A stretch of DNA of 64,000 nt from Schmidtea polychroa (taxonomy: Eukaryota). The stretch spans positions 52,392,001 through 52,456,000 of the forward strand of contig CM097885.1 of assembly GCA_044892525.1 (NCBI GenBank), read 5' to 3'. The notes beneath the pieces were generated by a model. The model was not told where the DNA came from, did no database searches, and saw nothing but the letters and a program-made list of their open reading frames with translations. The translations under genes and the position numbers were made by a program. Of this stretch, positions 41,031 through 52,900 are shown piece by piece; the stretch's first letter is position 1, and each line of letters starts with the position of its first letter.

Positions 41031-41646
41031 TCATATAGATCAGGGATGCATTACTCACACCCCGTGGGCCGGATACAGCCCTCGTAGAAATTTAAAAAAC
41101 ATAAGAAACTTTCCGTGAATTACGGCAATTTTATGAAAGAATTTAAACTTCATTGCACTATAAAAGTAATGAAAACAATTTTAGGGGATCAAAATGTGCT
41201 TAGAAATATTAAATAAGGCATAGTGTTATTTATATTATTTAAATAACTAGTATTTTTAAAATCAACATTTGTCATTATTTCATTAACTCATTAACTGCCA
41301 GATATTTTTTTAATTTTGTCGCATATTTTAGATATTTTTGTTTAATGCACTTGTCAAAAACACAGAAAAGCAAAATAATAATACCATCTCAAAAACGATG
41401 AAATCTTTTATGAAAGTCTTGCCAAAGTCATGTCAATATATTTTTTACATGTTAGCAGCTACTACAAATGCACAAACGAAGAAGTGAACAATTAATAGTA
41501 TAAAAGTTAACAAAAAGGACAAGTAACATCAAAAGAAGCAGAAATACTATATAACGAAAGAAATTATATAAAGAATTTTATAAATTCGTTATAAGCACGT
41601 TATTTGAAAAAGTAGCTGTTTACTTAGATGACAATATGATCTATAG

Positions 41647-42906
41647 AGTGTCTGCCAAACTGTGCGACGCGGCAAAGTAGTATGCCGTGAAATATTTAGG
41701 ATAATTTTAATCTAAAATTGAAAAAATTAGCCAGCAAGCATAAAAATAGGGTTATTGAGTAGGTGATAAAATTAGAATTCTTACTCTGACTGACCCACAA
41801 ATAACAATTAACACTTGAAACTTTATTGAATATCACAAATATTTTCACTATGATACAATTGACTCAACAAGCTAACTATTATACCGAGCTTATTACAACA
41901 TTATGATGAGGAATAGCACACTCGTATAACTTTGATTTGACAGATCTCTCACAACTGAGGAATGTAATAATTGGTAAATTTAACTAGTCGTTCTCTGATT
42001 TTGACTTGATTTTACTCGCCTAACTTTATTATATTATCAACTGAATAAACTCTTGCTGATTCTCTTTAATTCTGTTTTCTTTATAGTTTCTCTATTTCAA
42101 TTTTATTCAACTATTTCTTCTAAATTGTTCTCTCAATGGCTTCTCCAAACTGTTCGCTAAAACAATTCTCCCACGTCTTCTTAACTTTTTTAAATCGTCC
42201 TCTATAATTTCTCTGCTTGCTTCTGCTCTGCCAACTCCTTTTATACCTCGTCAATTTGTGGCACTTCAGTTTATCTTCAATTCCACCATTTTTTTCAACA
42301 TGATTTTCCAGATTCCTGCGACCGGGTTATCTTTGACAGCTGTCGCAATATTTATAATTTTTTCCTATTGTGGCTCCGGTTTGTTTTTATTTTGTTTCCA
42401 TTATCTTTGACAAGCTGTCGAGATAAGAGTATTGTTGTTTTTCTGTTTTCCCGATTTCGAAATTTTTTTTCCTTTTTGTATTAATTAATTAGTACTGACC
42501 TTGGTTTTTATTTTCGTGTTTGATTTCTTTTGTTTCCTTCTGCTTCCACATTTCTCATTTCTTTTTGCTTCGGCTTTCTTTTCTAAGTTCCCACAGATCG
42601 TCCCGTTTGTCATGACGATCTTCCCCCATGTAATTTTATTTATTTATTTATAAATAGTTATTTAGGTATCCTCAACACATGTACAAAACAAAGTACGTGT
42701 AGAGGTGTTTGTATTTGATGGTGAATATATAACTTGCTCGTTTGCGAGATTCTAGTTTCTATATATGTGCATTATATCACAATAAAATAATATAAGGATT
42801 TTGTTATTACTACACTAAAGAATTTGTATATATTTACTTATATTGATAAGTTATATTTAATTTTTTATTTAGTGTGCCGCGAACAAAAAACGTTTGGCAG
42901 ACAGTG
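41647..42906. mobile_element. hAT-Charlie-type MITE with a nested insertion
   Basis: TIRs AGTGTCTGCCAAAC / GTTTGGCAGACAGT; TSD ATCTATAG / GTCTATAG; GTGTGCCGCG subterminal motif. Confidence 0.75.
41753..42677 (-). mobile_element. Probable solo LTR
   Basis: Ends TATTGAG...CTCAACA; minus-strand TATA-like and AATAAA motifs; TTATCTTTGACA..CTGTC motif shared with ~12300. Confidence 0.45.
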
Positions 42907-45900
42907 GTCTATAGGTTAGATCAAAACATTTACTTATTTCTGAAAATGGTTTATCAGTGAAAAATGCCTACAATTGAAAAATCAGTAGTTTTATTAGTAA
43001 ATGAAAATAGATCAATTAAATTTTTATGGATGACCACAAATTTCCAGATGTTTTCATCAAATAATGAAATTATAATTTGCTATGTATAAATTTTTTTAAA
43101 ATATAAAATTTAATTTGTGCACTTTCACTAATTTATTCTCGAGAAATATGTTTTATTAAATACGTTTTTAAATTTCTGAAAATCTTAATTAATTTCTTAT
43201 TGAAATTTCTAATATAATTTTTTAAGTGCATTTTGACCGAGAAATCATTTTTAATTTTTACTTTTCATTTAAGTACCTTAGTTAATTGAATAATTCAATG
43301 CCTGTCTCAGTGATGATTACCGTGTTAAAGTATTACAATAAATATTTTGAGTCTAATGTCATTTAATTTACCTAAACAATATTTGTAAATAAAATATTCA
43401 ATATTTACCTCATATTTATAGAGTCCGTCAAACCAAGAGGTCCTTAAAACATTCAGTTAACTATTTACAAATAAATATTAAAAATTATTACAACAATAAA
43501 TATTATAGCAAAAATTATATCAATTAACAAAATAAATAAAAAAAATTTAAAAACAATATTGAAAAATATTTGCTTTTTTATCTTTTTGATTTAATATTTT
43601 TTAGATAATCTGTTTCTATTTGTAGACTATTTTTTTAACTCTTTGTTTATTGTAATCGTTTTCCTTTACTTTTTTCACGCTAATTCTCCAACTTTTGTTT
43701 TCTGTCAATAAACCATCTGATCTACACGGAATTATTTTAATTTGGTTATAGACACAAAGAATTCATAATTTCAAGTAAATTTTGACCTCGAACTTTTCCA
43801 CTCTTCATTTTTAACAAAATCCAATTTTTCTATACCCACTTTTGATTTTTCTTATATTGCTTTCCCTGAACTTATTATGAATTTATTATTTATTCCCTTT
43901 ATATAACTTTTTAGTTAATTAATAAACTCTTTTATTTCATTTCTATCTAATTTTCATTCTAGTTTAAACTGTCAAATTTCTTTAAAATTTAATTATAATG
44001 CAGTTTTATAAACTGTAATTTTTAATATATGCATTTAGTCAGTAAGACTCTTTCACATTAATTGGTTCCCCTTTGCTCATTGTTGCCACTAATACACTTT
44101 CACGTGTTGGTCCAAAATTCGTTTTTGACCACAAATAGTATAAAAAATTTCTGCGTATAAAAATTAAAAGTATACAAAAAGTCAATGAAAAGAATTTTAG
44201 AAAATCCACTAATAAATTCAAAATTTAAAATAATTTGATAATTAAAAAATGATTAATAATTTAATAGTCATTATTTTGGTTTTTTTAATTTTTTACAATC
44301 AAAGTAATCATTATAACTTTTCTAAACAAATAAATATTGAATAAATGCAAATTTTTAACTTACGCACACCTTTAATAATTGATTTGTTAGAATACATTTT
44401 AATTATATGTTGAATATTTTAATTAGTTTTTGTTTAAAAGTTTAAAAAACAATAGTCGATTTTAAATTTATAATTTATTAATATTTTAAAACATTTTAGT
44501 TATTTTTAATCCATTAATTTTATTATTATTTATTAAAAAACTGACATCAATATGTATCGAATACGCCGGATTAAAATAAGATATTCTATCCCTGCATTGG
44601 TGCTTCTCTTAATTTTTAGTGTATTATATTTTTTTTTCATGAAAACTAAAGTTGATATTTTGGACAATGAGGCTTTTATTAATTTGAAGAAAACATATGG
44701 AAGTGATTTATTTTTAAGTATTTAGATTCTTTTTATTAAAATAGTGTGTTCAATTGTATTTAGATATTAACAGACAAATAGATAATGGCAATGCAATTAG
44801 TAAATTAAACAAGAATTATTATTCAGTTATTTTTTATTTTTCATAATACCTATTTTATATATTAGAGCGAAAACTATATAGATCAAGAAATGATTATTGA
44901 AAAGTTGCGACGTGAAGCCTTTAATTTATATTTTAAAATTAAATCAATTTATATAAGCTCTAATTCGACAAAAAAAATATTTTCTCCTTCAAAAAAGGAA
45001 TTTATCACATTTTCTGAAAAAATTCTTAATTGGCAATATGATATTTTTGGTACAACTCAATCTTATATCATTAAATCTGTGAAGTTCGAGATTTTTATTA
45101 CGAATCTACTTTACAATTATAATTAGTAAAAATCCATCTCAATATCCTGAAATTTCTAACGGATATTTAGGAATTCAAAGTTTTTCTGATGAAATACAAA
45201 TCCAATCTGTGTTTTCTGGCTCTCATTTGGATACTCGAAGGTATTATTTTATATTCCTTATCAGATTTATCGTTGAAATTTATTTAAATTTTAAATTAAT
45301 AATCAAAATTGATTAAATTATTAATTAAATAAATTTTTACAAATTAGTAATTTTTTGAGGGAAATTTAGCATTTATAATTTCCATATAGATATAGAAAGG
45401 TAATTTTTACTTTTCAAACAATTAACGATTAAAAGTTTCTGGTACCCGAAACAGGTGAGAGTGTAGTGAGAAAATGTTATCCGCAAATAGTTACGCTTTT
45501 CAAACGAAATTGAATTACTCATGTTATTAGAAAAATCAACTACTGCACAATTTAAAGGAAAAATATGTTTTCACAAAACCTAGTGCTTATTTACCCTCCT
45601 TCAGAAACGTTATAAACGTATATAAAAAGAACTTCTGGCAATACGTAAATAAATTTTATGTTCCATCGGTTCTGGAACACAAATGGGATATGGGAAGGAA
45701 ATGGGGGGGGGTAAGTAAAATATGCATTATTTATTATCTAGAAGACTTATTTGATTATGGATTGTTCCCAGCGTAACCCAATATACAACCCCTTGAGTGA
45801 TCAACGTTGGTAATGTGCTGCATGGGTGAATACTTGCGAAAAGTGAGCTTAATTCGGTATACTGTAATCGTCAAGTTTTAGGATGAGTTACCGGACTGTC

Positions 45901-46576
45901 GATAGAAGGTCTTTGTCCAATTTTGCTTAGTTCCTCTCCTACGCTTCACCAATTCTCATCCGCATATTTTATCATAGGATATCCGACGTCCCTTGAGAAG
46001 TAACTCCAAGGAATTCCGCTATACACTCGAATAATTAAAAAACACAATGCAATCACATCTTTTATTTCAATTTACATGCAACATAGATTAATTAGTAATC
46101 GCACGACCAGAGCCATCATCGTTAGTTAGCGTTCAATTAATGGTTTTCAAGATGCGCACGTCGCCTTTCGCGTTCAGGTTTCCTGGGTTTGTTGCGCCGC
46201 TTTGACCGATCTTTGGTTTGCCTTTGGCGGTAATGCTGAATCGTTGTTTAACATTTTTGAAATACATTTCGAAAGTTATTAATATATATTTTATTAAAAA
46301 AATGAAAACCTTTTATCAAATAATTTAGAAATTAAAAAAAAATTATATTCTTCTATATTGGATTTTGCATTTAACTTAATTTCAAGTTAAAATTCTTGAA
46401 ATTTTTTTTTATTTATTTCAACCAATGAGAAAGTAGAAAATGAATTTAACAAAAAAAAGTAATAAATTATTTTTTCAATTGAAACAAATGAATTTCAAGA
46501 AATTTTCAAGGATTATTTTCATAATTGAAAATTATTTCATTTCATTCAATATATACTTTGCAGCAAAAGTTTTATC

Positions 46577-47407
46577 TAGGGTTGCCAGATTTTCACCAAG
46601 ACAAACCGGGACAATGATCTCAAAACCAGGACGTCTGGCAACCCTATTTTTACACATGCTTGAAGATGCAACTGCAGATTTGTGTTTCTGGCTATTGATA
46701 TGATCTTTAATATCAGACAAACCACCATGACTGATACTAAAATTCGAATTACAATGCTTGCAAAACGCTTCTGTTTCAAATTTGCCTTTTTTAATAAAAG
46801 GAAATTGCTCTGTATATTTTTGTAGAAATTGACATTTTCTTTTTGGCATTTTAAATTAGGGTGACTATATAAAAAATTAAAATAATAAACCAAGTATAAA
46901 TATAAAAATCAATAAACTCACATATTTTTAAATAATTTAATAGCTTTAAATATTGTAAATAAAAAAGTAACTTTCCCACGATGGGCACAGATTAAATTAA
47001 ACATAAACAAGCTTTTTTTTTGATCCGGATCATTTTTTTATTTAACAATTTTAACCTCTTTCGTTTATCAAATCTCTTCCAATATACAAGCTGGCCAGAT
47101 TCATACATCAGAATCAATTCGATAGTTGTAATGCATCTCAATGGTGTTATTATCAGCATTAACGAAAGTACAAATGAATTCGAAAGCGAATCCGAAAAAA
47201 AATTCATAAAAAAAACAAACTACCCAACAGGAAAAGTTTCATATTAAAACCCATCAAACAAAAAAGCTAATTCGAAAAATAGAAAAAGTGTGATAAATAA
47301 ACGAAACTTTGGAGGCAGTTGTCCTCCAAAATTTTTAATTTAGTTTGCAATATTGCAATGCAAAAAACCGGGACAATCCCGGAAAACCGGGACGTCTGGC
47401 AACCCTA
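46577..47407 (-). mobile_element. Rearranged hAT (Blackjack-like) element: 5' end, transposase N-terminus and a 70-bp mini-element
   Basis: TAGGGTTGCCAGA TIR at 46577 with inverted copies ending at 46646 and 47407; ORF MPKRKC...AFCKHCNSNFSISHGGLSDIKDHINSQKH (zinc finger). Confidence 0.8.
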
Positions 47408-47428
47408 TTTTATTTTATCATTTACTTG

Positions 47429-47429
<1 letters not shown>

Positions 47430-47467
<38 letters not shown>

Positions 47468-47640
47468 TTTTTTTTTTTTTTTTTTTTATGGTAATAAATT
47501 ATTTCCAGAGCCTCGATTCCGTCATGGACCATCAGAAATATTACAGATATTCAAGATAAGGAAGGCAACGGAATAGTTTTAGGCCGGCGTCTCGAACTTG
47601 ATATGTCCGATGCAAAGTTATTGCAAATAATTTATTCTAA
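47430..47640 (-). mobile_element. Possible SINE-like retroposon
   Basis: Minus strand has B-box-like GTTCGAGAC and ends in a ~20-nt poly(A) followed by (TAA)n. Confidence 0.35.
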
Positions 47641-47929
47641 TCACTGTCTTGTGCAACAAAAGGTTTGTAAAATTAGTTTTTGTATTAATAATTAATACAT
47701 GAAAAAGCCGGTGATGCACTACCCCAATTTATGATAACAGTTACCATGAGAATTTTGTTTTGCAACTTAACAGTACCGGTAGTGTCTGTAATAGTATTTC
47801 TATACATAACTATGCTAATAACGTCAACAAAAGTTATAATTAATAAGCTAATAACATTTATCAAACAAGATTCTGTGAAATATTTATAGAAATAATATCT
47901 AACGATATTCTATTTATATTTAATAAATA

Positions 47930-48473
47930 CCGTATTAGCCCGAATATAACGCGACATTTTTTAACATTTATTTTTATTAAATAATTCGGTTGTTGTGGTC
48001 AGCAAAGATGTAGATGATGTCACCCTCTATTTTAGTCGAAATAATATTTTGAAAATCTCAAACTCCCGCGCTACAGTGAGATAAAAGAAAAAAGTAAAAA
48101 TTCACTTTTAAATCAATAATTGCACATTAAAATCAATACTTGAATTTCTAATTTGAAAAATTTGCACTTTAATATCAATAATGCACTTTAAAATCAATTA
48201 ACACAAAAATTTTTAAAAATCAATAATCGCGACTTGACCTTGAAAATAATGAGGAGGTAAGGGACTCTGTTGTTATTCAGTGCGCGGTAACTAATGGTGG
48301 CGTAAGGGGCTTACATCTACCTACTACTTTTGCGCTAAATTCGGGGTTTAAGTAATGTAATTTAAATAATGACATTCTCCTACGGAGATCAAAATGCGAA
48401 TAAGCTTCCAAACTACTCCTAGCTTGACCAAACACGTCAAAATTCGGGTCGCGTTATATTCGGGCTAATACGG
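47930..48473. mobile_element. pogo-type MITE
   Basis: Perfect 26-bp TIR CCGTATTAGCCCGAATATAACGCGAC with TA TSDs. Confidence 0.9.
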
Positions 48474-50226
48474 TAGTGTAGTGCCTCTGACTTCCACATT
48501 AATACAAATATCAACTTAATAATTAAACTTAAAAAATATTATTAAATTGATTAAATTAAAATTAAATTGATTAACTAAATTAAATAAAAATTATTGTTTA
48601 AATAATCTTTTCATTTCTAAAAAAACCAGCGATCATTCGACATCTCAAAGGTTAACTCTCATCAAAACCAATAAAGAAAATATGCCTAACATCCGAGAAG
48701 CTGAAGTCTTCGTTTTCCTAGCTGTGATCTCTCTGTTGATGAGCTTGATCATCAACACATTCTATTCAACCAAATAATTTTTCCTTAGAATACTAATTCG
48801 CGATTCTAGTGATTCTCATGATAAAGTTCGTTACAAGAACCGGACTGACCCATCCGTCTTCAGTCAAAAGGAGTTAATTAACAAAGTTATTCCCGATAAA
48901 GATTCCAATACTTTCACATCGTACGATACTGGAGCCTACATGGCCAAATGCAAGTTCATCAAAAAATAATGTTTTCCTTATTCTAAGTTAATTGACCATT
49001 TATACTTCATTGCATTATTTTGTGTTATAATCCATCCAAACTATAATTATAAATTATGAAATTAAAATTTCTGTAATAATATATGGTTGTCACACTATTT
49101 TATGAATACTAATTAATTATTAGTTATTGATTACTACTTTTTATATCTAAAAATTCCCATATGTTTTATATAAACATTTTGAATATTTATTAAAAAGTTT
49201 GACTATGAATCAATAAATATATCAAAAATATCGATAAATTTACTGATTCATAGTCAAGATTTTAATAAATACAATGGAAATGAAATCAGTGGTGAAATTT
49301 GAAAAAAAGTTCTTATAATATTATGAATATAAAATTAACTACTCAGAAGAGAATTGTTTTGATTTATACACAACTAGGAAATAATAATAACTAATTATCT
49401 AAAGCCGAAATTTAAACACGAAGAAGTTCGTTGTTGTGACAATAACTTTACATAATTGATGAATATCACACCATTTCAAAAAATAAATACGCTCTCCAGT
49501 AATTATTATGAGTTGTCACTATTAGTTAGAAACACCAAAGTAATCCGTTACATTCTTTTTACATGGATTTCTGAAACTAGGAATATATTTTGATTCTGTT
49601 TTAGATGTACGCGCATCAAACCTTAAAAAGCTTGCTTATTCATGAAATAGAGGTCCAATTTCTCAGTTCCAAATTAGATTATATCAATGTACTTTTACCT
49701 AGAAGCAATAAAAATGATGCTAGTTCAAATGTCCAATTTAAAGAGAAGGATTCGAAATTAGCATACCTTAAGTAAGAATTTTGAAATTATTATAATAAAA
49801 AAATGTTTTCTTGTTGCAGTTAAAATAACGAATTATATTTGGCTATTTAAATAATTATAAATTATTACCTGGAATTGGTGTCTAAATTAGGCATATCCAT
49901 ATGTATTATCGTAATCAGCTATGTTGAGTTACCAAAATAAAAATAAATATTACTAAAAATAGCAAATAATTACAAAACTCTAAATTCAAAAATAATTGTT
50001 ATACTCTACTGTTAATTAAAAATCACAGATTAGACTTTGAGCTAATAAAGAAAATGAATTATTTTCTATTAAAGGCAATGCAATACGTATGAAAGGCGGA
50101 AGCAGAAAACCACTACGATATTATAGACGATATATTTTGAAAGAAGACTAAATTTTCACAAATGTTTTTCGATAAATTCAATACTAAAATTACTTAACTT
50201 TTACTTATTTCAATAAGTTTTTTTGT

Positions 50227-51057
50227 AATTTTTATATTAATTTTTATATGAATTTTTATATGAATTTTTATATTAATTTTTATATGAATTTTTATATTAA
50301 TTTTTATATGAATTTTTATAATAATTTTTATATGAATTTTTATATTAATTTTTATATGAATTTTTATATTAATTTTTATATTAATTTTTATATGAATTTT
50401 TATATTAATTTTTATATGAATTTTTATAATAATTTTTATAATAATTTTTATATTAATTTTTATATGAATTTTTATATTAATTTTTATATGAATTTTTATA
50501 TGAATTTTTATATTAATTTTTATATGAATTTTTATATGAATTTTTATAATAATTTTTATATGAATTTTTATATGAATTTTATAATAATTTTTATATTAAT
50601 TTTTATATGAATTTTTATATTAATTTTTATATTAATTTTTATATGAATTTTTATATTAATTTTTATATGAATTTTTATATTAATTTTTATATTAATTTTT
50701 ATATGAATTTTTATATTAATTTTTATATGAATTTTTATAATAATTTTTATAATAATTTTTATATTAATTTTTATATGAATTTTTATATTAATTTTTATAT
50801 GAATTTTTATATGAATTTTTATATTAATTTTTATATGAATTTTTATATGAATTTTTATAATAATTTTTATATGAATTTTTATATGAATTTTATAATAATT
50901 TTTATATTAATTTTTATATGAATTTTTATATTAATTTTTATATTAATTTTTATATGAATTTTTATAATAATTTTTATATGAATTTTTATATGAATTTTTA
51001 TAATAATTTTTATATTTATTTTTATATGAATTTTTATATGAATTTTTATATTTATTT
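50227..51057. repeat. 12-bp minisatellite AATTTTTAT(ATG/ATT/AAT) with a higher-order repeat
   Basis: About 69 monomers of three variants; identical 1-bp-deleted monomers 311 bp apart. Confidence 0.95.
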
Positions 51058-52129
51058 TTTGTTAACGATCCATTAGCAAATTTTGTTAGGCAAACATTTG
51101 ATCATTTTTAAAACAATCTTTGAGATTAGAAAACAGAATTGTCAATTAACATGAAAGAAAACCAATAAAACTGGGAACAGTTTTCCAATCGCGATTTGCT
51201 TGCTATCACATTGAAAGTCTGAAATGCAGTGTTTTCTAGATTAAAATAACATTTTTTTCAGTCTTCGAACATTAATTCATCTTTGTCATTATCCTTTCAC
51301 GGTTTACCTCTTCGTCACAATTATTTGACTAGTTTGTGTATACTCGTGGTTGTTAGTAAACGTTTTAAATATAATGAAACTGTAAATATCAAATTTTGAA
51401 AAATATTAAATATTAAGCTATTATTTGATAAGTTTAAAAGCATGTTCAAAATTCGCGTTAGTTAAAACAAATAATTATATTTGAAAAACATTTTAATCAG
51501 TTTTAGATTTATAATTGTCATATTTGATCTGTTTTCTTTTAATATTAAATTTTCATTAATTTTCTTTTGAAAACAAATTTTCGGCACTGCCTTAATGTTA
51601 TTGTAGAAAATAAATGAAAGATTTTGTTTTATTTACTGTATATATTAAAAAGCTTAAATAAATAAATATATCGATGTTTTTGATATATTTACTGATTCAT
51701 AGCCGTCATGCTTTTTAATAAATTCAATGGAAAAGAAATCAGTGGTGAAATTTGAAAATAATTTGCTGTAATATATAATGTACTCCAAATTATTATTTTT
51801 CTATTCAGATCAGTCGTTGGGGTTACTAATCAAAATGATCGGAACAATCATCAACAAAACATTTTTGCTACATATCACGTTATACCGGACAAAATAATCG
51901 TCCAATACAGTCAAAACGTTCAGAAATTTTATTATTTACTGTCTATAAATGAAAATGAAAATATTTCCACGGAACATTTTAATTTAGGTAATTTAAACAA
52001 ATCGATTGCATATTCTTATAATAATTTATATTCTTATTATAATCTTATAATATTATTTTTATTAGAAAATAATTAATTACATAAACATGGCAATGATTTA
52101 ATTATTAGAAAGCACCACTTATGCATATG

Positions 52130-52900
52130 TTTAACGATATATTTCGACAGTTTTTCTGTCAATCATCGGGTAAGATAGAAATAACTAGATATTATAGATT
52201 CAATAAAGAAATTACAAAATTTAATATTTCACAAAATTTTCTAATTCAAGTTAAATAAGTTTTTTTTTCAAATAAACTATTGTAAAAAAGTTATTTTTAA
52301 AATATTTTATTTTAACACTCAATAATTTAATTTCAAAAATCTATCAATAAATCTTTTCTATAAAAATTATTTAATTTAATAAATTGATCATTCAATACAT
52401 TTAAGAACAATCCGCGTACCTTCAATTTATTACCAATAATTATTAAAAATTTTTAATAAAATTTTAAAATCAGACATGTCTATTTTACTCATACAGCATT
52501 TATTGAGTTAGTTAATATTGGCTGATCCCTTTTGTTTACAGGCTTCAACAATTCGAGTACAGAAATAACGAGAAATCACGATGTATATGGCCTTAAACAA
52601 CCACAATATGTAATTTAACAAAATAAACAAAATCCGAACACGACCCATCCGAAATTTGAGACTTATTAATAAATATTTTGCGCACTTTTCACGAATTTGA
52701 AACACCTTTCTAATTGAAGTTATAGAACTTACTTATTTTACCCCTATAATATGTAAAACCTTCCGAATACGACCATACAAACACAAATTTAGGCTCATCG
52801 TCTCTACAAACACTATTAATGTTATTTATCTCAGTTTTTTTATCCTACTCGACAGGAAAACTGTCAAAATATATTGTGAAAAAGGATGTTTGATTGTCGC
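52130..52900 (-). mobile_element. Penelope-like element remnant: GIY-YIG fragment with a 3' pLTR hammerhead and an inverted 5' pLTR copy
   Basis: 52340-52740 is homologous to 8800-9135. The minus strand at ~52130-52190 reads TAC-CCGATGA-TT-GACAG-AAAAA-CTGTC-GAAA-TATATC-GT. An opposite-orientation partial copy lies at ~52830-52900. Confidence 0.7.

Noticed and set aside
45700..46250. GC-richer island with a KRRRG..W motif (RTE-like tail?)
   Set aside because: Short motif, no continuous frame, no recognisable RNA gene.
50248..50921. NFYM/NFYI repeat protein ORFs, or a CRISPR-like array
   Set aside because: Pure 12-bp tandem satellite: no unique spacers, frameshifted, eukaryotic context.
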